DNA from: Promethearchaeota archaeon
GTDB lineage: Archaea; Asgardarchaeota; Lokiarchaeia; Sigyniarchaeales; SOKP01
Assembly (NCBI GenBank): GCA_029838195.1
Contig: JALGVJ010000008.1
Span: 70,132-134,131, forward strand
DNA: 64,000 nt
Direction: 5' to 3'
Both the position numbers and the translations under genes were made by a program. How positions within the stretch are numbered: position 1 is the first letter of the stretch; each line of letters opens with the position of its first letter. Under the pieces are notes generated by a model. That model was not told the origin of the DNA and did no database searches. It worked only from the letters and a program-made list of their open reading frames with translations. Below, one piece after another: positions 19,939 to 30,871 of the stretch.

Positions 19939-21020
19939 TTTTTCCCTTTCCTCTAATTTTGAGCTCTTATTAATTAAAATTTTGCTGTTAAAAATTTTAG
20001 ACCATTTTATTTTCGCAGTCCCTTAAAATGAATGGTTCCAATGTTCCCCTAAGGGATTTTTATAAATATTTGCTACTTTTAATTCAATAATGAGAGGAAA
20101 ACACTATAATTTTTAATTAAATATCAGAATTTTTTTTTATGACCTTTTAGGTTGTCTTGGCTTTTTTGCTCTTCTTTAATATAGAGAAATATTTCTGATC
20201 ACCAATTAGAATGCATCAGATTAATACTTGAGGCTCTTCTTTAAATCTCTTTTAAAATCTAAAGTATGGTTATCCTTAAATATTTTTTCTTAATGATAAT
20301 TTGATCCATCTAAGATATAATGTTAAGCATTTCAAAGATTTAATAAAAAAAGTGTCATGGAAGTTTATGAAAGATTACATTGATTTGATATCTTAAGAGA
20401 ACTAACCAAAATGGGGGCCATGCAGGAAAATTAAAAGTAAAGAATTGCCAGCATTTTAACCTTATTGATAGTAGGTCATTCTTATTTAATGTTTTTAAAA
20501 TTAGAAAAAATTAATTGCTCTTTACTTTTTTTCCTAAATCCAAATAAAATTGAAACCAAATGAATTTTTCAAAAAAAATGTTCAATTTTCGATTTGTATA
20601 AGAACACAAAATTATTTCCTTATTAATTAGCTATATTTTGATTAGCTTAATCTATATTGTAATTGGATATGTATCAAGAATAATTCAAGGGAAAGAAATT
20701 GTTTTTTCACCGATTATAAGCATTTTAATAGGAACACCTTTTTTCTGGCCCATGATGGTATATGCTGATATTATCCATGTTGGCCTTAAAATAGAAGATT
20801 GAGCCAATTCTTTATTATATTCAAATTTCACCGATTCAAGATTTTTCTCCTATTATAAAATATATGATTGCGTTATCAGATAATAAAGTTTAACCTTGAA
20901 AATTTTTTATATCGTACAATTTTGTTCCATTATCTATTAGAAATACCCATTCACAGCTTCTATTATCGAGTAATAAAAAAATAATTAAATTTGTAAAAAA
21001 AAAGAATATTAAAAAATTAA

Positions 21021-22436
21021 TTAAATTAAACCCTTCTCTTTTAACGATTGAAGATATTTCTTTTCTTTTTCCTCGTGGATTTTATTCAATTCTTCTTTTT
21101 GCTTGATCCATTCAGGTCCTCCAAGCGGATAAAATTTCACCGCAAGCCCTCCAAGCAAAAGAATTATTCCAGGAATCACACTAAATGCCAATAAAATTCC
21201 AAAACGAGCACTAGCGGTCTGAATTGCTAAGGTTTCATCAAATCCAAACGCAACAGCGACCCATAAGAATACTGCGGGAGCAATGGATATGGCGGGTTTT
21301 TGAACGAGCGCCTCCGTTCCAGCGTATGTAGCTTCTCGTCGCTTACCGGTTTTAATCTCATCATAATCCACGACATCTGCAAAAACCATTTGGCCCATTA
21401 AATAATAGCCTGAAAATGCTCCGCCGATTAAAATTAATCCAATGACTGCAGTCGCATAAAGTTCTCCTAATATTAAAAAGGAGATAAAGCCAACTCCCAT
21501 TAATATTAAACTAATCATGAAGGCTCTTTTAAGACCCCATTTTATTACGGCTCTATACCAGATCGGCAGAAAGATAATAATCATTATGAAGAACAACAGA
21601 ATGGGTAGAAGGGCTAAAAATCCCGTGACTTCGAGAACAAAATCAATGTAGTAAAAGGTTGCTGTTCCTAAGAGTTCTTGAGAAAAATAAAAGCAGAAAT
21701 AGGGAATCAAATAGATGAGAAATGGTTTGCTGCTGAACGTAGTTTTAATTGCCTCAATGAATGGCATGGGTTCTTGAAGAACTGTAAATTTATTTTCGGT
21801 GATATAATAGGAGCTGATAAAAAGTAAAATTCCGCAGATCACTCCTATGATTACCATGAAAAGAATAATGGGCATGTTTATCCCTTTTTCTTCCGTGCCC
21901 GTGAAAAGTAATAAAGGAATCGTCATGGAGATGAGACTAGACAAGGTATTTGCCACGCCTCCATATGTCATCAGTTGTCCTCGCCCCTTTGATGATAAAG
22001 CCATTTCGGCTGGTAGAATCCAAGTTACCATTAAAATTATGGTAATCATGGTATCAATCGCAAAAAGTACAAATATGAAATATAAAAAGAGAGCCATTTG
22101 ATTATTTAAATCTACTAATGGGATCCAACAAATAATAAATGCAAGAGCGAAAAAGGGAGCACCAAATCGAATGATGGGAATTCTTCGTCCATATTTCTCA
22201 CTATGTATTCTATCTTCAATGTAACCAATGATAGGGTCATTAATTGTATTCCAAATTAAAAATATTACCCATCCAATAGAAATTAGTTGTGCGGATAATC
22301 CCAATATGATATTATAGTAATACGTTATAGCGATCATTGGAATTCCGCCGAGAAGATTGCCGGAGAACTGTGCAATTCCAAACCCAAGTTTTTGGCTTAA
22401 AGGAATTTTTTCTTCAAATTCTTCAATATTGCTCAT
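21021..22436 (-). CDS. MFS transporter, GPH (MelB-like) family
   Basis: INDPIIGYIEDR, GRRIP, ADVVDYDEIKTGKRREATYAG; about 12 TM. Confidence 0.88.
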   Translation of the reverse strand: MSNIEEFEEKIPLSQKLGFGIAQFSGNLLGGIPMIAITYYYNIILGLSAQLISIGWVIFLIWNTINDPIIGYIEDRIHSEKYGRRIPIIRFGAPFFALAFIICWIPLVDLNNQMALFLYFIFVLFAIDTMITIILMVTWILPAEMALSSKGRGQLMTYGGVANTLSSLISMTIPLLLFTGTEEKGINMPIILFMVIIGVICGILLFISSYYITENKFTVLQEPMPFIEAIKTTFSSKPFLIYLIPYFCFYFSQELLGTATFYYIDFVLEVTGFLALLPILLFFIMIIIFLPIWYRAVIKWGLKRAFMISLILMGVGFISFLILGELYATAVIGLILIGGAFSGYYLMGQMVFADVVDYDEIKTGKRREATYAGTEALVQKPAISIAPAVFLWVAVAFGFDETLAIQTASARFGILLAFSVIPGIILLLGGLAVKFYPLGGPEWIKQKEELNKIHEEKEKKYLQSLKEKGLI

Positions 22437-22560
22437 GAACTCATTCTCCTAGGTTTTTTTATTCATTAGACTTCATAAAATTGAAATGAGTTATGATGGA
22501 TCAAGGAAAGAATTTATTTAAATATGTGGTACCATGAAAATGATATCATGAAAAAGTTCG

Positions 22561-23844
22561 TTATTTCATAGGCAAGAGATTTTTAAATGTAGATTTCCAA
22601 TCAAAATCGGGAGCGACTTCTTGAGATTCTTTTAACAAGGGTTGGATGGATTGAATATCCTTGAACCCGCTGCCTGTTATTAAGCACGTAATTCTTTCAT
22701 CGGGCTCAATTAAATTCATGTCTAAAAGCGGTTTAAGTGCTGCGATGGTCGTGCAACTGGAGGGTTCTGCCCAAATTCCTTCTAAGCTACTTAACATTTG
22801 ACTGGCAGCTAAAGTTTCTTGATCGGAAACTGTTATTGCCGTTCCTTTTGAATTTTTAATGGCGGGGATACCCAAATAGCAATCTAATGGAATATCATCT
22901 GCTAAAGCGGTTGAAATGGTTTTTATTTCTTTCCAAGGGTGTTCGAATAAATAAGAGGGGGATAAATTGTTCTGGATCGCTTGTACAAAAGGAGCGCAAC
23001 CTTCAGGCTGAATCGCAAATAATTTGGGGATTTTATCAATGAAGCCTATTGTTTTTAATTCTTTAAATCCTTCAAAAATAGCGCTTAATAATCCTGACCC
23101 TCCTACGGGGATTATAATGGCATCGGGAAGCGCATTTTCTTCATTGAAAAATTGGATGGCAAGTTCATAAGCGATTGTCTTGGCACCATTGATAATGAAT
23201 GGGTTATACACGCTTGCTGTTATTAAATTTGCCATATTAAATTCCGTTTTTGCTTTTTCCACGATTTCAGAAATGAATTTGGTAGAATCTGACTTGATTT
23301 TAATAACATTTCCGCCGTATATTTTAATTTGAATTATTTTTGCCTCAGGAGCAATGGATGGAATGAGGATGATGTTTGGTAAACCAGCTCTCGCGGAGTA
23401 TGCCGCAACAGCGGCACCGACATTTCCAGAACTCATGGTAATCACCGATTTCTTATTCATTTCCACGGCTTTACTCATGCCCATCGAAATCTGCCTGTCT
23501 TTAAAAGAACCCGTGGGATTGAGAAATTCTAATTTTAAAAATAAGTGGGAAAATTCGAATTTTTTAGCCAATCTTTTCCCTTTCAGCAAGGGCGTGTTTC
23601 CTTCTTTTAAGGAAATGATATTCTTCTTGTTATTGAGAGGTAAAAAATCGAAAAAAGTCCACATAGATGAGATTTTTAACTTAAAAAATTCGGTTTTCGA
23701 CCATTTTTCTTTTAATTTCTCTTCATTCATGGCAATGGAGAGAGGGCCTACCTTACATTTAGGACATTTTGAAAGTTCCTCATTTAATTTAAAATAAGTC
23801 TCGGAACAATTGGCACATTTAAAAAAATACTTTTTTATCATCAT
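22561..23844 (-). CDS. thrC: Threonine synthase
   Basis: EGNTPL, NPTGSFKDR (PLP lysine), SSGN, PVGGSG, TGSGFKD. Confidence 0.88.
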   Translation of the reverse strand: MMIKKYFFKCANCSETYFKLNEELSKCPKCKVGPLSIAMNEEKLKEKWSKTEFFKLKISSMWTFFDFLPLNNKKNIISLKEGNTPLLKGKRLAKKFEFSHLFLKLEFLNPTGSFKDRQISMGMSKAVEMNKKSVITMSSGNVGAAVAAYSARAGLPNIILIPSIAPEAKIIQIKIYGGNVIKIKSDSTKFISEIVEKAKTEFNMANLITASVYNPFIINGAKTIAYELAIQFFNEENALPDAIIIPVGGSGLLSAIFEGFKELKTIGFIDKIPKLFAIQPEGCAPFVQAIQNNLSPSYLFEHPWKEIKTISTALADDIPLDCYLGIPAIKNSKGTAITVSDQETLAASQMLSSLEGIWAEPSSCTTIAALKPLLDMNLIEPDERITCLITGSGFKDIQSIQPLLKESQEVAPDFDWKSTFKNLLPMK

Positions 23845-24003
23845 TTTATTTGGTTTTTTATAAGAATTGGGGATGTTAAATTATAAAAATGAATGATATA
23901 ATGATTAAATTAATGAAAACCTTGAAGGATATTCTCTTTCGTGTGAACTTTTATTTTTCTTTTAAATACCCTACTAACAAGATTATATTAAAAATGAAAA
24001 AAG

Positions 24004-24507
24004 TTAAAGAGGAGCTTTATTGTAGGAAAATTTTTTAATAAATTTTGGTAAGGTAAATTCAATATAATATAAAATTGAACAATTTAATTGTAAAATTCGA
24101 GTAATAAGAAATAATTCCAAGGGAAGTGTAATGAAGCTCTCAAGTAAAACTCCAAGAAAACCGGTGATAGTAGCTAAAAAAATAAATTTTCCTCTTAATT
24201 GCGTTTCTTTTTTCAAAGACGTCATCGCTCGTAATGAGAAGATTATCGGAATGATTAAATGTATAATTAAGATTGTTCCAATATACATCATTTTAAGAAA
24301 AGGGAATTGAGGATTTAAAGGATCATTAATGGCCATGATACCACTTGCTCCACAGAAAAAGAATTGAATATAATAGTGAATTTTAAGAACGATAAATAAG
24401 AAAAATACAGGCATGATGTAAATTTTTTGATTTTTTTCCAATAATAGAGCATGACTCCTTATTACTCTTTCATCCTTAGGTGTTCCTAACATCGGCTCAG
24501 CCTCCAT
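24004..24507 (-). pseudogene. 5'-truncated membrane protein related to 34308..35054
   Basis: C-terminus LRGKFIFLA...RI...YYIEFTLPK resembles WKGRFFFLA...RI...YYLGFFLPK of 34308..35054; the N-terminus is lost at the island edge. Confidence 0.5.
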
Positions 24508-24584
24508 ATTTAAATCTTTCAGTAAATTTTTACACCAAAAGCTTTATTAATTATTTTACCTATATTTATAAAAAGGTGGTAAAA

Positions 24585-24762
24585 ATGGGAGAAATCACTG
24601 TGCTTAACAAAGCTACTACAAAAAGCAGGTCTTTAAGAACCACCATTCCCATGAGCATTGTTACGCAGGTTAACCTTTCAGAAGGAGATAAGCTTAATTG
24701 GGAAATTAATTAGGGCTGAAGGTAGAGAGCTGATAATCGTTGTGAAACCATTAAGGCAGTGA
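24585..24762 (+). pseudogene. AbrB/MazE-like DNA-binding protein, frameshifted
   Basis: SRSLRTTIPMSIV..NLSEGDKLNWEI; a 4-nt AATT duplication near 24705 shifts the frame before RAEGRELIIVVKPL. Confidence 0.65.
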
Positions 24763-24766
24763 AAAG

Positions 24767-24985
24767 ATGATAAGAATTGAAAGATCCGATGAGCATGTTG
24801 TTGTTAAAATAAAGAAAGAGGTTACAGTTCATTCCTTGAGGCATTCATTTGCCACCCATCTGCTCGAAAGTGGAGTTGATCTGAGATAAATTCAAGAGTT
24901 GCTTGGTCACAAAAGTTCAAAAACTACAGAGATTTATATATGCGTTCCAATGAAAGATTTGGGAAAAAAAAGAAGTCCGTTAGAT
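24767..24985 (+). pseudogene. Tyrosine recombinase/integrase C-terminal fragment
   Basis: [38 protein letters not shown]...SPLD; in-frame TAA at 24887; most of the N-terminal region deleted. Confidence 0.88.
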
Positions 24986-25032
24986 ATAATGGCCCTTATC
25001 TTCTCTAGCGATGGACATGCGGAGAGGCAAAG

Positions 25033-25428
25033 GTGCACTTTAACGATGCGAGAAAACACGCACAGTCAACAAATGTTAATTTAGAAAGAGAGTGGAATAG
25101 AAATTTCATAAAAAAGGAGAAGGAATTCATAAGGGTTCTTGAATCGCAAGAGAGAACCTTGGATGATATTGAAAATGAAGAAATGGTTGATGTCCTCCAC
25201 AAAGTTCTCCTGCTCTGGAAAATTGGTAGAAAAGAGGAGATGAGAGATGTTCTTGTGGAAACCAGATACGGAAAGAAGGAGCCATTTTACAGAGTTGCCC
25301 AGATTATATCGGAAACTCTGCCCATGGTAAGCAAAGAGAAAAAGCTCCTTGATGGGTTCTTAGGCACAAAAGATAAATTAAGGGATGAGATTAAAAATAT
25401 AAGCAGGCAAAAGAGGTTGTTTGAATGA
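25033..25428 (+). pseudogene. C-terminal fragment of DUF1156-type adenine DNA methylase
   Basis: FNDARK.AQS...FIKKEKEFIRVL...DVLH.VLLLW...FYRVAQ.ISETLP..SKEKKLLDGFL; upstream of a DUF499 remnant. Confidence 0.65.
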
Positions 25429-25721
25429 AGGCCCTTAAAGAGATAAAAGATACACTCGCAGCTCATGAAGAAGAAATCAGAAAAAAGTATGGAGTGGTTA
25501 TTTTAGGAATATTCGGATCTTATGCGAGAGGGGAACAGAATGAGCTTAGTGATATAGACGTACTTGTTGATGTGGAAAAACCCATTGGTCTCAAGTTTTT
25601 TGAACTATGGGATGAACTTGAAAATCTTTTAGGGGTGAAAGTTGATCTGCTCACCATTAAAGCGGTAAAGCAAAAACCAAAGCTTTGGGAAAGCATAAAG
25701 GGGGATGTTATTCATGTTTAA
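25425..25721 (+). CDS. Minimal nucleotidyltransferase (MNT antitoxin)
   Basis: FGSYARGEQ...SDIDVLV, VDLL; intact 98 aa. Confidence 0.92.
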   Translation: MKALKEIKDTLAAHEEEIRKKYGVVILGIFGSYARGEQNELSDIDVLVDVEKPIGLKFFELWDELENLLGVKVDLLTIKAVKQKPKLWESIKGDVIHV

Positions 25722-26069
25722 GAGGGACTGGAGGCTTTTTATCCATGATATACTTGAGAGCATTAAAAAAATTGAGAAATATATATCTGGTCTCTCTTAC
25801 GATGACTTCATTAAAGATGATAAAACAAAGGATCTGTTGTGAGAAATCTTGAGGTTATAAGTGAATCAGCAAATCAGATTCCTATGAATGTTAGGAAGAA
25901 GTATAAAAACATACCATGGGCACAAATTATTGGATTGAGACACCGTTTAATTCACGGCTACTTTGTCGTAGATTACGATATTGTTTGGAATATAATTGAC
26001 AAAGAAATACCTAATTTAAAAATTAAAATAAAGGAAATTTTAAAGGATCTGGAGGAGAGTGAAACATGA
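25714..26069 (+). pseudogene. HEPN (DUF86) RNase toxin, frameshifted
   Basis: MFKRDWRLFIHDILESI...KTKD, then a 1-nt loss near 25833, then VVRNLEVI...GLRHRLIHGY (Rx4H). Confidence 0.85.
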
Positions 26070-26300
26070 AACCACATACCCAGATAGGAATACCACATGA
26101 GGACATTCTTGAAGGTGGCCTGATAATGGATGCTTTTGCTGTAGATCTACGGTAGGTGGCAAACAGAAAAGCACCTTTAGACTACCAAGATGCTGATGAA
26201 AAGGAGGCTAAAAAGGTTGTAAATGATTTTGTTGAATATGCTAAAAACGAGGGGTTACTCTCAGGTGAAGGGCTCGCAGATTCCATGATTTCAAAAATGA
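26066..26300 (+). pseudogene. DUF499 ATPase N-terminal remnant
   Basis: MKPHTQIGIPHEDILEG..MDAFAVDLR*VANRKAPLDYQDAD; TAG at 26153, then an apparent jump to an internal segment. Confidence 0.65.
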
Positions 26301-26685
26301 GAGAAAAATGGTATTATAATAAAGTTGGTCATGAAAACGTCCTTGATTCCACAATACCCTACTTAATTTGTAATTTCTCTTTCCCGCTTAAAAGATTCGC
26401 AATTTTCAATCCTGACATGAAAAATTACAAAGAAATTATGAAATCCTTGGAATGATTTACTTTATTCTAATTAACCAAAACAAAAATTGAACTATTCAGA
26501 GATTCATTTCATGAAAATATTTTCAGATTTTAGCATTAAAATAAGATTTAAGTAAAATATATAATTCAAGGAACGTTAAAAATACATGAAATTTTTTTTC
26601 AAGCAAAATAAATATTCATATCAAGATTTTATTGAAAAAATAAAAGTAATATCACTTCTTAATAACAAATTTACAAGGGATTTAC

Positions 26686-27378
26686 ATGAAAAGATCTGCA
26701 ATTAATCAGATAATGAGAGAGGCGGTAAAGTTCATTAAAGAAATGAGGTTTCACCTGCCTCCTTTTGCCTGCTGGACGGTTAAAGAATGGCAATCAAAAG
26801 GACCGGAAATTCAAGAGATAATAGAAAATCAATTAGGATGGGATATTACTGATTTTGGAAGGGGAGATTTTTATAAATATGGATTAATATTATTTACTCT
26901 GAGAAATGGAAAGTTCAAAGATGCTTCAAAACATGCTAAACCTTACTGTGAAAAAATATTAATTGTTGAAGAAAATCAAAATACTCCGTTACACCATCAT
27001 TTTTCTAAGAAGGAAGATATTATCAATCGCGGAGGCGGCACTTTACAAGTTGAGATTTATAAAACTGATGATAATGATCAATTGTCGGAAAAGCCGGTAT
27101 CCGTTTATATCGATGGCATTAGAAAAACATTTGAAGCGGGAAGCATTATAGAATTAAATCCGGGAGAATCCATTTATTTAACTCCGGATATATATCATCG
27201 ATTTTGGGCTAAAAATGGGAGTGGAAAAGTCTTAATCGGTGAAGTTTCGACGGTAAATGATGATTACATGGATAATAAATTTCATGAAGAGGTGAAAAGA
27301 TTCAGCGACATTAAAGAAGATGAGGAGCCTCTGTATCTTCTCTATAATGATTACAAGAATTACTTAAAGATCAATTAA
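26686..27378 (+). CDS. D-lyxose/D-mannose isomerase family (DUF1498 cupin)
   Basis: LGWDITDFG, LFTLRNG, TPLHHH..KKEDIINRGGG, GEVSTVNDD. Confidence 0.88.
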   Translation: MKRSAINQIMREAVKFIKEMRFHLPPFACWTVKEWQSKGPEIQEIIENQLGWDITDFGRGDFYKYGLILFTLRNGKFKDASKHAKPYCEKILIVEENQNTPLHHHFSKKEDIINRGGGTLQVEIYKTDDNDQLSEKPVSVYIDGIRKTFEAGSIIELNPGESIYLTPDIYHRFWAKNGSGKVLIGEVSTVNDDYMDNKFHEEVKRFSDIKEDEEPLYLLYNDYKNYLKIN

Positions 27379-27604
27379 AAAAGGAAAGAAAGAATTTTGA
27401 TAACTAAACGACAAGATTAGCACTTTAATTGATTTAGAAAATTTAAATATTCTTACTTTCAAACGCCTAAAACTAATTTTGCTGATAAATGATCATTCTC
27501 AGCTTTGCTTTTCATGGTTCTCTCTATGAAATACTTATTATTTCGCCAACCAGATAAAGAAAAGGTAAATAAACTTCTTTACGTTTATGAATTTTAATTT
27601 TTTT

Positions 27605-29317
27605 TTATAACGTATCCGTTCCGCTTGTCAACCATTCTAAATTAAATTCTACATAGGAGATGACATCGGAATATCCTTGTCGCCCTCGCTCAAAGAAGCA
27701 AATCATGGTATAATCGCTTTTTACGGCGAGGTCTGAATATCCAGAAGGCCCTTCATAGAGTAACTTTGAAATTTTCCAGCTCTGACATTCATCATAGCTC
27801 AGTCTTATCGTCATTCTTGCTCTATTTACGTGATCGGCTGGATTAGCGAAAATAACCCTGTTTTTGGAGTTTTCCTTTACAGATGTAACTCTACAAATCG
27901 AAGCAGAACAAATGGGCGTAGGGAGTTCTAATTCTTCTCTAGCTTTTGTCCACGTTATTCCTCCATCACGAGACCATGAGTATAATCTATAATCCTTATT
28001 TAACGTTCCTAAAGGAGCGTTTTTGCGCATTGTCATGTATACCTTCCCGTAAATAGTTTCAACTACTTGACATTCATCTCCATCTCCTACATCCTTACCA
28101 TCTTTCCATGTCAAACCATGATCGTCGCTATATATTACGGAAGAGGAATCTCCCGAAGTTCCCTTGTAACTCGTGAAAATCAAGCGACCACGATAAGCAC
28201 CCCATTTTAATTGAATCCCATGACCAGAACTGGGAAGATTCACATCTAATAATCTAGGTGCGGACCAAGAAATTCCTCCATCATCGCTTTGAATAATGTA
28301 TGGTTCCGATGGAGAATCTGGAGCTTTTTTAAGAAAAATTAGGAAAACTACACCCTTAATTTCATCGAAAACGCACATTTGATTTCCATATTTTACCCTC
28401 GCAAGATCATTTCCCCAAGTCACCAAAATTTTCATGGGGCTCCACGTATTTCCTCCATCCTCACTCCTTTTCATGACGATATCAATCGTCCCCGTATCCA
28501 AAGCACTAAATTTTCTTCCTTCAGCAAAAGCGAGAATGATATCTTGTTCCACGCGTTCCCCATTCTTAAGAATTGATCCTTCTGGGATGACGAGTATCGA
28601 AGGGATTCTATACGTTTTATAACCATCTTCACCCCCTACGAATAAATCAATTTTTCGAGTTAAACCAGGAGAAAATTGGGGATTGTTCATGAAATATGCA
28701 CCAAAATATGCCGGGACGGAAAATAAAGCAAGAATGCTGAAGATTATCATTCCTGGAAGAATCTTTGGTTTTAATTGTTGGCGTGCGCCCTTCTTTTTAT
28801 TTTTCATGATTTGAATTTTTTGGCGAAAAAAATTCACGCTACTTATAATTAATAACATGGCATAGCTTGCCATCATCAAGGCTAAAGAAGTGATCACGGC
28901 ATTGAATAAGGAAACAGATTGGTAATAATCAAAGACGGTCATGAAAAAAAACGCTAATATGATGGCTACACTAAGGAACAAATGAAAAATTGCCATTTTA
29001 GTAGAGTGCATGAATTTTTTTTCCAATTTGAATCGTTTCAAGAGTTCAATAGATCTTTTTTTATAGAGAAAAATCAATCCCGTTATACCGTAATAAAATC
29101 CATGGAGAGCAACGGTTCCTACATAAGAACCCATGACAAGAATCATGAAAAAAAGATTGGTAAATCCGGAATGGTTATAATAATAATAGAGAATTGTCGT
29201 GATAATCAATAAAGCGCTGGCTACGATTTGAAGTAGCGAATAAACGAGATACCAAGGGGGATTTTTTGAATTTTTTAATATAGAATGGGAATTATCTATC
29301 ATGGTAAAATAATCCAA
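27605..29317 (-). CDS. Membrane-anchored sialidase-family (GH33/BNR) protein
   Basis: YRIPS motif, Asp-boxes SEDGGNTW, SDDGGISW, SDDHGLTW, SRDGGITW, SYDECQSW; about 5 N-terminal TM helices. Confidence 0.85.
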   Translation of the reverse strand: MDYFTMIDNSHSILKNSKNPPWYLVYSLLQIVASALLIITTILYYYYNHSGFTNLFFMILVMGSYVGTVALHGFYYGITGLIFLYKKRSIELLKRFKLEKKFMHSTKMAIFHLFLSVAIILAFFFMTVFDYYQSVSLFNAVITSLALMMASYAMLLIISSVNFFRQKIQIMKNKKKGARQQLKPKILPGMIIFSILALFSVPAYFGAYFMNNPQFSPGLTRKIDLFVGGEDGYKTYRIPSILVIPEGSILKNGERVEQDIILAFAEGRKFSALDTGTIDIVMKRSEDGGNTWSPMKILVTWGNDLARVKYGNQMCVFDEIKGVVFLIFLKKAPDSPSEPYIIQSDDGGISWSAPRLLDVNLPSSGHGIQLKWGAYRGRLIFTSYKGTSGDSSSVIYSDDHGLTWKDGKDVGDGDECQVVETIYGKVYMTMRKNAPLGTLNKDYRLYSWSRDGGITWTKAREELELPTPICSASICRVTSVKENSKNRVIFANPADHVNRARMTIRLSYDECQSWKISKLLYEGPSGYSDLAVKSDYTMICFFERGRQGYSDVISYVEFNLEWLTSGTDTL

Positions 29318-29444
29318 AGGTATTGATCCTACACTAGTCCCTTGAAATATTAAATCTTTTTATTATACTTTATTAGCGGATTAATATTCAGCGTATAGCA
29401 GAACATTCAACAATAAATCTATTAAAATTGAAAAAATAACGTTA

Positions 29445-30755
29445 TCATAAAGAAAGAAATCCTTGAGCCAAGAAAATGATTATCAAACAAGTGGCGGTTG
29501 GTAATATTAAATATCTTGCGGTACTCTTATAATCCATTTTAAAATAATTAATACTATAAGCCACGCAAGGATGGATGGGCGTAATTAAATATCCAAGAAA
29601 AATGGACCAATAAAGTAGCACGAAATCTAGTAAAATCATGGAAGCCAGTCCATTTTGAATTAAATAAATCGGAATTAATATAGATAAGGGTAATTGAACG
29701 CGCCCAGTTATGAATCCTAATCCAAACCCTATTAATAACAAGAATAAGAAGTTAAAGTGTAAATTTCCTAAAACTTGAGGGACGCCTGATAATAAAAAAA
29801 TTTCTAAAAACAGAAAAATTGCCAATATTAATAGCGGAAATCTCCAAATCTTCATTTTTTTAATCGTCTTTACCAATTTCTCGCCATTAAATTGAGCAAA
29901 TTTTAGAGCAATAAAAATACTCAAGCCTAATCCAATAATTAAAAATAATTCGGGAAAAATGAAAGGGAAAAAGGTTCGACCTATGAAATCAATAATGGGA
30001 GCTATAATGAGGGGAATTAAATTATGGAGCACTCTTTTCATATCTCGTTCTAAATCTTCTTTTTTAGATTGAACTGAGTGCACTAATGAAAAATATCCCG
30101 TGAGAAACATGATGAAGGTAGGAAGGATTAAAGCTAAAACAATAACATACAGCGATATATTTGCTAAAATACTTCCTACGATTAATTGAACCGATAAGGG
30201 ATATATGAAAATTAAAACATGACGGTACCAAACATTAATGGCAATTTTTTTTGTAGGTCTTGTTTCTTTATCAATTTTTTCAACGATGGGAGCTGACATG
30301 AGGGCCCCTCCCGCAATCGGTAAAAGTCCAAAAAAGGCAGGAGCAAGCATCATTGCAGATCTTTTTGAAATATTCATTTTTTGAATTAACTCTAACATCA
30401 GCCCAGATTCATCCATGATTCCCCCTAAAATGGGAATTAAGGTCACCACTAACAATAATAATAAGATGGATAAATTGGTAAGGACGCTGAATAATGCGAG
30501 AAACAAATTTACTCCTGTTAAAACCGCTAAAATGATGGCTGCGAGGGTTAAAACTAAACTTAACTCTTTTTTTGAAAAAACAATTATAATAGCAATAATG
30601 AGAATAAAACTCATCCAAACGGGAATCATGAAATAAACCATTCTTTTATCTATCTTGCATCTTATATTCTCATGCAAGGGTAAAAAGAGTCCATTTGATT
30701 TATATTCATCTGATTTAAACTCATGCTTATATCGTGAATGATTGTGTGTCAACAA
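29445..30755 (-). CDS. DUF401-family membrane protein
   Basis: GLLPIAGGALMSAP, NVWYRH, ITPIHPC; true start probably downstream (MIPVW). Confidence 0.75.
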   Translation of the reverse strand: MLTHNHSRYKHEFKSDEYKSNGLFLPLHENIRCKIDKRMVYFMIPVWMSFILIIAIIIVFSKKELSLVLTLAAIILAVLTGVNLFLALFSVLTNLSILLLLLVVTLIPILGGIMDESGLMLELIQKMNISKRSAMMLAPAFFGLLPIAGGALMSAPIVEKIDKETRPTKKIAINVWYRHVLIFIYPLSVQLIVGSILANISLYVIVLALILPTFIMFLTGYFSLVHSVQSKKEDLERDMKRVLHNLIPLIIAPIIDFIGRTFFPFIFPELFLIIGLGLSIFIALKFAQFNGEKLVKTIKKMKIWRFPLLILAIFLFLEIFLLSGVPQVLGNLHFNFLFLLLIGFGLGFITGRVQLPLSILIPIYLIQNGLASMILLDFVLLYWSIFLGYLITPIHPCVAYSINYFKMDYKSTARYLILPTATCLIIIFLAQGFLSL

Positions 30756-30871
30756 AAAAAAGAATGAATATTATTAAATGTTCAAAAGCAATGAATCGCT
30801 TTAAAAAATATCTTATTTCGAGATTATTGTATTATTTATGAAGTTAATGAAAAGAGGTGACTCAAAGAATA

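Larger units (their letters stand above)
24540..26330 (+). mobile_element. Decayed integrative island (AbrB-like, tyrosine integrase, DUF1156, MNT-HEPN, DUF499 remnants)
   Basis: Run of co-oriented gene fragments with stops, frameshifts and internal deletions; boundaries approximate. Confidence 0.75.

Noticed and set aside
24480-24540. Integron attC/att site at the island edge (TCCTAAC / GTTAGGA)
   Set aside because: No matching inverted partner or second copy was visible, and the integrase is too fragmentary to assign as IntI.
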